Positions 1-10,890 of a stretch of 64,000 nt of DNA are shown here, piece by piece. A model generated the notes under the pieces. That model did no database searches. It saw nothing but the letters and a program-made list of their open reading frames with translations, and was not told the DNA's origin. Location: NCBI GenBank assembly GCA_964016885.1, contig OZ024742.1, positions 162,626,001 to 162,690,000 of the forward strand, read 5' to 3'. Within the stretch, counting starts at the first letter, position 1; every line of letters starts with the position of its first letter. This DNA is from Eledone cirrhosa (lineage: Eukaryota). Both the position numbers and the translations under genes were made by a program.

Positions 1-3000
1 ACTTTTAGGAATTTTTGGAATTTTATGAATTTTATGAATTTTAGAAATGTTATGAAATTTAGGAATTTTAGGAATTTTTGGAATTTTTGGAATTTTATGA
101 ATTTTTATGAATTTTATGAATTTTGGAATTTTAGGAATTTTGAGGAATTTTTTTGAATTTTCGGAATTTTATGTATTTTTAGGAATTTTATGAATTTTAT
201 GAATTTTATGAATTTTAGGAATTTTAGGAATTTTATGAATTATATGAATTTTTGGAATTTTAGGAATTTTGAAGAATTTTTTTGAATTTTCGGAATTTTA
301 TGTATTTTTAGGAATTTTAGGAATTTTAGGAATTTTAGGAATTTTTCCGAATTTTCGTAATTTTATGAATTTTTAGGAATTTTAGGAATTTTATGAATTT
401 TAGGAATTTTACAATTTTACGAATATTAGTAATTTTAGGAATTTTAGGAATTTTATGAATTTAGGAATTTTAGGAATTTTAGGAATTTTAGGAATTTTTG
501 GGAATTTTCGGAATTTTATGAATTTTTAGGAATTTTAGGAATTTTAGGAATTTTATGAATGTTATTAATTTTATGAATTTTAGGAATTTTAGGAATTTTA
601 GGAATTTTATGAATTTTATGAATTTTACGAATTTTAGAAATGTTATGAATTTTAGGAATTTTAGGAATTTTAGGAATTTTAGGAATTTTAGGAATTTTTT
701 TGAATTGTTTGAATTTTATGAATTTTTAGGATTTTTCTGAATTATATAAATTTTAGGAATTTTAGGAATCTTAGGAATTTTAGGAATTTTATGAATTTTA
801 GGAATTTTAGGAATTTTAAGGATTTTAGGAATTTTAGGAATTTTCGGAATTTTTAGGAATTTTAGGAATTTTATGAATTTTATGAATTTTAGGAATTTTA
901 GGATTTTTATGAAGTTTTGGAATTTTGGAATATTAGGAATTTTTGGAATTTTTGGAATTTTAGGAATTTTAGGAATATTAGGAATTTTGGAATTTTAGGA
1001 ATTTTATGAATTTTAGGAATTTTATGAATTTTATGAATTTTAGGAATTTAGGAATTTTAGGAATTTTCAGGAATTTTTTTGAATTTTCGGAATTTTATGT
1101 ATTTTTAGGAATTTTAGGAATTTTATGAATTTTATGAATTTTACAATTTTACGAATTTTAATTTAAGGAATTTTATAAATTTTATGAATTTTATGAATTT
1201 TATGAATTTTAGGAATTTTAGGAATTTAGGAATTTTAGGAATTTCTATGAATTTTAGGAATTTTAAGAATGTTTTTGAATTTTTTGAATTTTATGAATTT
1301 TTAGGAATTTTATGAATTTTATGAATTATATAAATTTTAGGAATTTTAGGAATCTTAAGAATTTTAGGAATTTTATGAATTTTAGTAATTTTAGGAATTT
1401 TTTGGAATTTTTGGAATTTTCGGAATTTTCGGAATTTTAAGGAATTTTAGGAATTTTATGAATTTTATGAATTTTATGAATTTTAGTAATTTTAGGAATT
1501 TTTTGGAATTTTTGGAATTTTCGGAATTTTCGGAATTTTAAGGAATTTTAGGAATTTTATGAATTTTATGAATTTTATGAACTTTATGAATTTTAGGATT
1601 TTTATGAATTTTTGGAATTTTATGAATTTTAGGAATTTTTTAAATTTTAGGAATTTTAGGAATTTTAGGAATTTTTATGTATTTTAGGAATTTTAGCAAG
1701 TTTATGAATTCTATGAATTTTAGGAATTTTATGAATTTTATGAATTTTAGGAATTTAGGAATTTTAGGAATTTTGAGGAATGTTTTTGAATTTTCGGAAT
1801 TTTATGTATTTTTAGGAATTTTAGGAATTTTAGGAATTTTTGGAATTTTAGGAATTTTAGGAATTTTAAGAATTTTAGGTATTTCGAGGAATTTTTTTGA
1901 ATTTTCGGAATTTTATGTATTTTTCGGAATTTTATGAATTTTAGGAATTTTAGGAATTTTATGAATTTTGGTAATTTTAGGAATTTTAAGAATTTTAGGA
2001 ATTTTAGGCATTTTTTGGAATTTTAGGAATTTCAGGAATTTTTAGAAATTTTCTGAATTTTCTGAATTATATAAATTTTAGGAATTTTAGGAATCTTAGG
2101 AATTTTAGGAATTTTAGGAATTTTAGGAATTTTATGAATTTTATGAATTTTTAGAATTTTAGGAATTTTAGGAATTTTAGGAATTTTTTGGAATTTTCGG
2201 AATTTTATGAATTTTTAGGTATTTTAGGAATTTGATGAATTTTTATGAATTTTATGAATTTTGGAATTTTAGGAATTTTGAGGAATTTTTTTGAATTTTC
2301 GGAATTTTATGTATTTTTAGGAATTTTAGGAATTTTAGGAATTTTAGGAATTTTAGGAATTTTAGGAATTTTAGGAATTTTAGGAATTTTATGAATTTTA
2401 AGAATTTTAGGAATTTTGAGGGAATTTTTTTGAATTTTCGGAATTTTATGTATTTTTAGGAATTTTAGGAATTTTAGGAATTTTATAAATATTAGGAATT
2501 TTAGGAATATTAAGAATTTTAGGAATTTTAGGAATTTTTAGGAATTTTAAAAATTTTAGGAATTTTATGAATGTTATGAATTTTATGAATTTTATGAATT
2601 TTATGAATTTTACGATTTTTATGAATTTTTGGAATTTTATGAATGTTAGGAATTTTAGGAATTTTTGGAATTTTAGGAATTTTATGAATTTTAGAAATGT
2701 TATGAATTTTATGAATTTTATGAATTTTATGAATTTTAGGAATTTTAGGAATTTTTGGAATTTTAGGAATTTTAGGAATTTTGGTAATTTTAGGAATTTT
2801 AAGAATTTTAGGAATTTCGAGGAATTTTTTTGAATTTTCGGAATTTTATGTATTTTTAGGAATTTTAGGAATTTTAGGAATTTTAGGAATTTTAGGAATT
2901 TTATGAATTTTGGTAATTTTAGGAATTTTAAGAATTTTAGGAATTTTAGGAATTTTTGGGAATTTTAGGAATTTTAGGAATTTTTAGGAATTTTATGAAT

Positions 3001-3916
3001 TTTAGGAATTTTATGAATGTTATGAATTTTATGAATTTTATGAATTTTAGGAATTTTAGGATTTTTATGAATTTTTGGAACTTTAGGAATTTTAGGAATT
3101 TTAGGAATTTTTGGAATTTATGAATTTTATGAATTTTATGAATTTTAGAAATTTTATGAATTTTAGGAATTTCAGGAATTTGAGGAATTTTAGGAATTTT
3201 AAGAATTTTATGAATTTTAGGAATATTTTTGAATTTTTTGAATTTTATGAATTTTTAGGAATTTTCTGAATTTTCTGAATTATATAAATTTTAGGAATTT
3301 TAGGAATCTTAGGAATTTTAGGAATTTTAGGAATTTTATGAATTTTATGAATTTTTAGGTATTTTAGGAATTTTATGAATTTTTATGAATTTTATGAATT
3401 TTGGAATTTTAGGAATTTTGAGGAATTTTTTTGAATTTTCGGAATTTTATGTATTTTTAGGAATTTTAGGAATTTTAGGAATTTTAGAAATTTTAGGAAT
3501 TTTTGGAATTTTAGGAATTTTATGAATTTTAAGAATTTTAGGAATTTTGAGGGAATTTTTTTGAATTTTCGGAATTTTATGTATTTTTAGGAATTTTAGG
3601 AATGTTAGGAATTTTATAAATATTAGGAATTTTAGGAATATTAAGAATTTTAGGAATTTTAGGAATTTTTAGGAATTTTAGGAATTTTAGGAATTTTATG
3701 AATGTTATGAATTTTATGAATTTTATGAATTTTATGAATTTTATGAATTTTAGGATTTTTATGAATTTTTGGAATTTTATGAATGTTAGGAATTTTAGGA
3801 ATTTTAGGAATTTTGGGAATTTTATGAATTTTATGAATTTTAGAAATGTTATGAAATTTAGGAATTTTAGGAATTTTTTGAATTTTAGGAATTTTAGGAA
3901 TTTTAGGAATTTTAGG
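1..3916 (+). repeat. 9-bp AT-rich satellite array, A(G/T)GAATTTT, left block (runs off the window start)
   Basis: Continuous head-to-tail AGGAATTTT and ATGAATTTT monomers with T-run length variants and recurrent substitution variants. The + strand is T/G-rich with very few C. Confidence 0.98.
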
Positions 3917-4419
3917 TAACGGCACCCTTACAACATAGGTAATGGCACCCTCCTAACATAGGTAACGGCACCCTCCCAACATAGGTAACGGCACTCTCCC
4001 AACTTAGGTAACGGCACCCTCCCAACATAGGTAACGGCACCCTCCAAACATAGGTAATGGCACTCTCCCAACATAGGTAATGGCACCCTCCTAACATAGG
4101 TAATGACACCCTTCCAATATAGGTAATGGCATCCTCCTAACGTAGGTAATGGTAATTTCCCAACATAGGTAACGGCACCGTTCCAGCATATCTAATAGCA
4201 CCCTCCTAACATAGGTAACGGCACCTTCCCAACATAGGTAACGGCACTCTCCTAACATAGGTAATGGCACTCTCCCAACATAGGTAACGCCCCCCTCCTA
4301 ACATAGGTAATGGCACTCTCCCAACATAGGTAATGTCAGCCTCCTAACATAGGTAATGGCACACTTCCAATATAGGTAATGGCATCCTCCTAACGTAGGT
4401 AACGGCACCCTCCTAACAT

Positions 4420-4935
4420 AGGTAATGGCACTCTCCCAACATAGGTAACGGCACTCTTCCAACATAGGTAACGGCACTCATCAATCATAGGTAATGGCAC
4501 CCTCCTAACATAGGTAACGGCACCCTCCGAACATAGGTAACGGCACGTTCCCAACATAGGCAACGGCACGCTCCCAACATAGGTAACGGCACCCTCATAA
4601 CATAGGTAACGTCAGCCTCCTAACATAGGTAACGGCACCCTTCCAACATAGGTAATGGCACCCTTCTAACATAAGTAACGGCACCCTCCCAACATAGGTA
4701 ACGGCACTCTCCCAACATAGGTAACGGCACTCTTCCAACATAGGTAACGGCACTCATCAATCATAGGTAATGGCACCCTCCTAACATAGGTAACGGCACC
4801 CTCCCAACATAGGTAACGGCACGCTCCCAACATAGGCAACGGCACGCTCCCAACATAGGTAACGGCACCCTCCTAACATAGGTAACGTCAGCCTCCTAAC
4901 ATAGGTAACGGCACCCTTCCAACATAGGTAATGGG
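4420..4935 (+). repeat. 12-monomer (276 bp) tandem higher-order duplication in the 23-bp island
   Basis: CACTCATCAATC at 4475 and 4751; GTCAGCCTCC at 4611 and 4887; both offsets 276 = 12x23. Confidence 0.85.
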
Positions 4936-6229
4936 ACTCTCCTAACATAGGTGACAGCACTCTTCCAACAAAGGTAACGGCACCCTTACAACACAGGGAA
5001 TGGCACTCTCCTAACATAGGTAGCGGCACCCTCCCACCATAGGTAACGGCACTCTCCCAACATAGGTAACGGCACCCACCTAACATAGGTAACGGCACCC
5101 TCCCAACATAGTTAATAGCACTCTCCCAACATAGGTAACTGCAGTCTCCCAACATAGGTAACGGCACCCTCCCAACATAGGTAACGGCACTCTACTAACA
5201 TAGGTAACTGCACCCTCCTAACAGAGGTAACGGCACCCTTCCAACATAGGTAATGGCACCCTCCTAACATAGGTAACGGCACCCTCCCAACATAGGTTAC
5301 GGCACCCTCCCACCATAGGTAACGGCACTCTCCCAACATGGTTAATGGCAGCCTCCCTACATAGGTAACGGCACTCTTCCAATATAGGTAATGGCACCCT
5401 CCTAACCTAGGTAACGGCACCCTCCCAACATAGGTAATGACACTCTCCCAACATAGGTAACGGCACCCTCCTAACGTAGGTAACGGAACCCTTCTAACAT
5501 AGGTAATGGCACCCTCATAATATAGGTAACGGCACCCTCCCAAAATAGGTAATGGCACTCTCCCAACATAGGTAACGGCACCCTCCCAACAGAGGTAACG
5601 GCACCCTCCCAACATAGGTAACGGCATTCTCCTAACATAGGTAATGGCACCCTCCTAACATAGGTAATGGCACCCTCCTAACATAGGTAACGGCACCCTC
5701 CCAACATAGGTAACGGCACTCTCCCAACATAGGTAACGGCACCCTCCCAACATAGGTAACGGAACCCTCCTAACATAGGTAATGGCACTCTCCCAACATA
5801 GGTAATGGCACCCTCCTAACATAGGTAATGGCACCCTTCCAATATAGGTAATGGCATCCTCCTAACGTAGGTAATGGTACTCTCCCAACATAGATAACGG
5901 CACCCTCTTAAAATAGGTAACGGCACCCTTCCAACATAGGTAAAGGCACCCTCGTAACATAGCTAACTGCACTCTCCCAACATAGGTAATGGCATTCTCC
6001 CAACATAGGTAACGGCACCCTCCCAACATAGGTAACGGCACCCTTCTAACATAGGTAACGGCACCCACCCAACATAGGTAACGGCACTCTCCCATCATGG
6101 TTAATGGCACCCTCCTTACATAGGTAACGGCACCCTTCCAACATAGGTAATGGCACCCTCCTAACATAGGTAACGGCACCCTCCCAACATAGGTAATGGT
6201 ACTCTCCCAACATAGGTAATGGTACTCTC

Positions 6230-6850
6230 CCAACATAGGTAACGGCACTCTCCTAACATAGGTAACGGCACCCTCTCTAACATAGGTAATGGGACTCTCC
6301 TAACATAGGTGACAGCACTCTTCCAACAAAGGTAACGGCACCCTTACAACACAGGGAATGGCATTCTCCTAACATAGGTAGCGGCACCCTCCCACCATAG
6401 GTAATGGCAGTCTCCCAACATAGGTAACGGCTCACTTCCATCATAGGTAATGGCACCCTCCTAACATAGGTAACGGCCCCCTCCCAACATAGTTAATAGC
6501 ACTCTCCCAACATAGGTAACTGCAGTCTCCCAACATAGGTAACGGCACCCTCCCAACATAGGTAACGGCACTCTACTAACATAGGTAACTGCACCCTCCC
6601 AACATAGGTAACGGCACTCTCCTAACATAGGTAACGGCACCCTCTCTAACATAGGTAATGGGACTCTCCTAACATAGGTGACAGCACTCTTCCAACAAAG
6701 GTAACGGCACCCTTACAACACAGGGAATGGCACTCTCCTAACATAGGTAGCGGCATCCTCCCACCATAGGTAATGGCACTCTCCCAACATAGGTAACGGC
6801 TCACTTCCATCATAGGTAATGGCACCCTCCCAACATAGGTAACGGCACCC
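6230..6850 (+). repeat. 16-monomer (369 bp) tandem higher-order duplication in the 23-bp island
   Basis: GGGACTCTCC...GTGACAGC...CACAGGGAATGG block at 6291 and 6660; 369 = 16x23+1 (includes one 24-bp monomer). Confidence 0.85.
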
Positions 6851-7009
6851 TCCTAACATAGGTAACAACACCTTCCTAACATAGGTAACGACACCCTCCC
6901 AACATAGGTAATGGCACTCTCCGATCTTAGGTAACGGCACTCTCCCAACATAGGTTAAGGCTCCCTTCCATCATAGGTAATGGCACCCTCCCAACATAGG
7001 TAACGGCAC

Positions 7010-7720
7010 CCTCCTAACATAGGTAACGGCACCCTCCTAACATAGGTAATGGCACCCTTCCAACATAGGTAATGGCACCCTCCTAACATAGCTAACGGCA
7101 CTCTCCCAACATAGGTAATGGCACTCTCACAATATAGTTAAGGGCACCCTTCTAACATAGGTAACGGCACCCACCCAACATTGGTAACGGCACCCTTACA
7201 ACATAAGTAATGGCACCCTCCTAACATAGGTAACGGCACCCTCCCAACATAGGTAACGGCACCCTCCTAACATAGGTAATGGCATTCTCCCAACATAGGT
7301 AATGGCACCCTCCTAACATAGGTAAAGGCACCCTTCCAATATAGGTAATGGCACCCTCCTAACATAGGTAACGGCACCCTCCTAACATAGGTAATGGCAC
7401 CCTTCCAACATAGGTAATGGCACCCTCTTAACATAGCTAACGGCACTCTCCCAACATAGGTAATGGCACTCTCACAATATAGTTAAGGGCACCCTTCTAA
7501 CATAGGTAACGGCACCCACCCAACATTGGTAACGGCACCCTTACAACATAGGTAATGGCACCCTCCTAACATAGGTAACGGCACCCTCCCAACATAGGTA
7601 ACCGCACCCTCCTAACATAGGTAATGGCATTCTCCCAACATAGGTAATGGCACCCTCCTAACATAGGTAAAGGCACCCTTCCAATATAGGTAATGGCACC
7701 CTCCTAACATAGGTAACGGC
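7010..7720 (+). repeat. 15-monomer (345 bp) tandem higher-order duplication; third copy at ~8860-9199
   Basis: AATATAGTTAAGGGC at 7131, 7476 (+345 = 15x23) and 8926 (+1450 = 63x23+1). Confidence 0.87.
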
Positions 7721-7825
7721 ACCCTCCCAACATAGGTAATGGTACTCTCCCAACATAGGTAATGGTACTCTCCCAACATAGGTAACGGCACACTCCTAAC
7801 ATAGGTAACGGCACCCTCTCTAACA

Positions 7826-8690
7826 TAGGTAATGGGACTCTCCTAACATAGGTGACAGCACTCTTCCAACAAAGGTAACGGCACCCTTACAACACAGGGA
7901 ATGGCACTCTCCTAACATAGGTAGCGGCACCCTCCCACCATAGGTAACGGCACTCTCCCAACATAGGTAACGGCACCCACCTAACATAGGTAACGGCACC
8001 CTCCCAACATAGTTAATAGCACTCTCCCAACATAGGTAACTGCAGTCTCCCAACATAGGTAACGGCACCCTCCCACCATAGGTAACGGCACTCTCCCAAC
8101 ATAGGTAACGGCACCCACCTAACATAGGTAACGGCACCCTCCCAACATAGTTAATAGCACTCTCCCAACATAGGTAACTGCAGTCTCCCAACATAGGTAA
8201 CTGCACCCTCCTAACAGAGGTAACGGCACCCTTCCAACATAGGTAATGGCACCCTCCTAACATAGGTAACGGCACCCTCCCAACATAGGTAACGGCACCC
8301 TCCCACCATAGGTAACGGCACTCTCCCAACATGGTTAATGGCAGCCTCCCTACATAGGTAACGGCACTCTTCCAATATAGGTAATGGCACCCTCCTAACC
8401 TAGGTAACGGCACCCTCCCAACATAGGTAATGACACTCTCCCAACATAGGTAACGGCACCCTCCTAATGTAGGTAACGGAACCCTTCTAACATAGGTAAT
8501 GGCACCCTCATAATATAGGTAACGGCACCCTCCCAAAATAGGTAATGGCACTCTCCCAACATAGGTAACGGCACCCTACCAACAGAGGTAACGGCACCCT
8601 CCCAACATAGGTAACGGCATTCTCCTAACATAGGTAATGGCACCCTCCTAACATAGGTATTGGCACCCTCCTAACATAGGTAATGGCACC
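7826..8690 (+). repeat. Dispersed copy of ~4925-5680 inside the 23-bp island, with an internal 138-bp (6-monomer) duplication
   Basis: GGGACTCTCC at 4933/7834 (offset 2901). ACAGAGG at 5221/8214 and CAAAATAGG at 5541/8534 (offset 2993 = 2901+138-46). CGGCACCCAC at 7971 and 8109. Confidence 0.85.
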
Positions 8691-9199
8691 CTCCCAACAT
8701 AGGTAACGCCACTCTCCTAACATAGATAACGGCACCCTCCTAAAATAGGAAACGGCACCCTTCCAACGTAGGTAATGGCACCCTCCTAACATAGGTAACG
8801 GCACCCTCCCAACATAGGTAACGGCACTCTCCCAACATAGGTAACGGCACCCTCCCAACATAGGTAATGGCACCCTCCTAACATAGCTAACGGCACTCTC
8901 CCAACATAGGTAATGGCACTCTCACAATATAGTTAAGGGCACCCTTCTAACATAGGTAACGGCACCCACCCAACATTGGTAACGGCACCCTTACAACATA
9001 AGTAATGGCACCCTCCTAACATAGGTAACGGCACCCTCCCAACATAGGTAACGGCACCCTCCTAACATAGGTAATGGCATTCTCCCAACATAGGTAATGG
9101 CACCCTCCTAACATAGGTAAAGGCACCCTTCCAATATAGGTAATGGCACCCTCCTAACATAGGTAACGGCACCCTCCCAACATAGGTAATGGTACTCTC

Positions 9200-10890
9200 T
9201 TTTAAGAATTTTAGGAATCTTAGGAATTTTAGGAATTTTTGGAATTTTAGGAATTTTGAGGAATTTTTTTGAATTTTCGGAATTTTATGTATTTTTAGGA
9301 ATTTTAGGAATTTTAGGAATTTTTGGAATTTTAGGAATTTTATGAATTTTAAGAATTTTATGAATTTTTATGAATTTTAGGAATTTTATGAATTTTATGA
9401 ATTTTACAATTTTACGAATTTTAATTTTAGGAATTTTATAAATTTCATGAATTTTATGAATTTTCGGAATATTATGTATTTTTAGGAATTTTAGGAATTT
9501 TAGGAATATTATAAATATTAGGAATTTTAGGAATATTAAGAATTTTAGGAATTTTAGGAATTTTTAGGAATTTTAGGAATTTTAGGAATTTTATGAATGT
9601 TATGAATTTTATGAATTTTATGAATTTTAGGAATTTTAGGAATTTTAGGATTTTTATGAATTTTTGGAATTTTATGAATGTTAGGACTTTTAGGAATTTT
9701 TTGGAATTTTATGAATTTTATGAATTTTAGAAATGTTATGAAATTTAGGAATTTTAGGAATTTTTGGAATTTTGGGAATTTTAGGAATTTTAGGAATTTT
9801 AGGAATTTTGGAATTTTAGGAATTTTAGGAATTTTTTGAATTTTAGGAATTTTAGGAATTTTAGGAATTTTTATGTATTTGAGGAATTTTATGAATTTTA
9901 TGAATTTTATGAATTTTATGAATTTTAGGAATTTTATGAATTATATGAATTTTACAATTTTACGAATTTTAATTTTAGGAATTTTATAAATTTTTTGAAT
10001 TTTATGAATTTTCGGAATTTTATGAATTTTAGGAATTTTAGGAATTTTAGGAATTTCTATGAATTTTAGGAATTTTAAGAATTTTTTTGAATTTTTTGAA
10101 TTTTATGAATTTTTAGGAATTTTCTGAATTTTATGAATTATATAAATTTTAAGAATTTTAGGAATCTTAGGAATTTTAGGAATTTTTGGAATTTTAGGAA
10201 TTTTGAGGAATTTTTTTGAATTTTCGGAATTTTATGTATTTTTAGGAATTTTAGGAATTTTAGGAATTTTTGGAATTTTAGGAATTTTATGAATTTTAAG
10301 AATTTTATGAATTTTTATGAATTTTAGGAATTTTATGAATTTTATGAATTTTACAATTTTACGAATTTTAATTTTAGGAATTTTATAAATTTCATGAATT
10401 TTATGAATTTTCGGAATATTATGTATTTTTAGGAATTTTAGGAATTTTAGGAATATTATAAATATTAGGAATTTTAGGAATATTAAGAATTTTAGGAATT
10501 TTAGGAATTTTTAGGAATTTTAGGAATTTTAGGAATTTTATGAATGTTATGAATTTTATGAATTTTATGAATTTTAGGAATTTTAGGAATTTTAGGATTT
10601 TTATGAATTTTTGGAATTTTATGAATGTTAGGACTTTTAGGAATTTTTGGAATTTTATGAATTTTATGAATTTTAGAAATGTTATGAAATTTAGGAATTT
10701 TAGGAATTTTTGGAATTTTGGGAATTTTAGGAATTTTAGGAATTTTAGGAATTTTGGAATTTTAGGAATTTTAGGAATTTTTTGAATTTTAGGAATTTTA
10801 GGAATTTTAGGAATTTTATGTATTTGAAGAATTTTATGAATTTTATGAATTTTATGAATTTTAGGAATTTTAGGAATTTTATGAATTATA
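9200..10890 (+). repeat. ~750-bp block repeated at 947-bp offset immediately right of the island
   Basis: TTTTAAGAATTTTAGGAATCTT at 9200/10147; TTCATGA at 9444/10391; TCGGAATATTATG at 9464/10411. Confidence 0.85.

Larger units (their letters stand above)
3913..9199 (+). repeat. 23-bp satellite/minisatellite island, consensus TAGGTAAYGGCACYCTCCYAACA, ~230 monomers
   Basis: TAGG recurs at 3913, 3936 ... 4925 (44x23) ... 9183. 9183-3913 = 5270 = 229x23+3, matching three 24-bp CCCTCTCTAA variants (~6271, ~6640, ~7814). The last monomer is truncated after GGTACTCTC at 9199. Confidence 0.98.

Noticed and set aside
1241-1895. STAT-like TTCN3GAA sites (TTCTATGAA, TTCGAGGAA) and Rel-like GGGAATTTT sites
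   Set aside because: These are expected by chance from single changes in a GAATTTT repeat, and no nearby gene or promoter context exists.
3912-8873. Minus-strand Cys-rich repeat ORFs as a real repeat protein or zinc finger
   Set aside because: The DNA period is 23, not a multiple of 3, so the same peptide appears in all three frames. The ORFs overlap, are frequently stopped, and show no codon-position pattern.
3913-9199. CRISPR array with a 23-bp repeat
   Set aside because: Monomers are head-to-tail with no unique spacers, no leader and no cas genes.
3913-9199. Transposon, MITE or Helitron insertion
   Set aside because: No terminal inverted repeats, LTRs, poly(A), distinct termini or target-site duplication. 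Both ends fall inside satellite monomers.
3913-9199. Telomerase-synthesised long telomere repeat (as in 23-bp yeast telomeres)
   Set aside because: It is internal, heterogeneous and organised in multi-monomer duplications, unlike templated telomerase addition. The sequence is not a telomere repeat I recognise.
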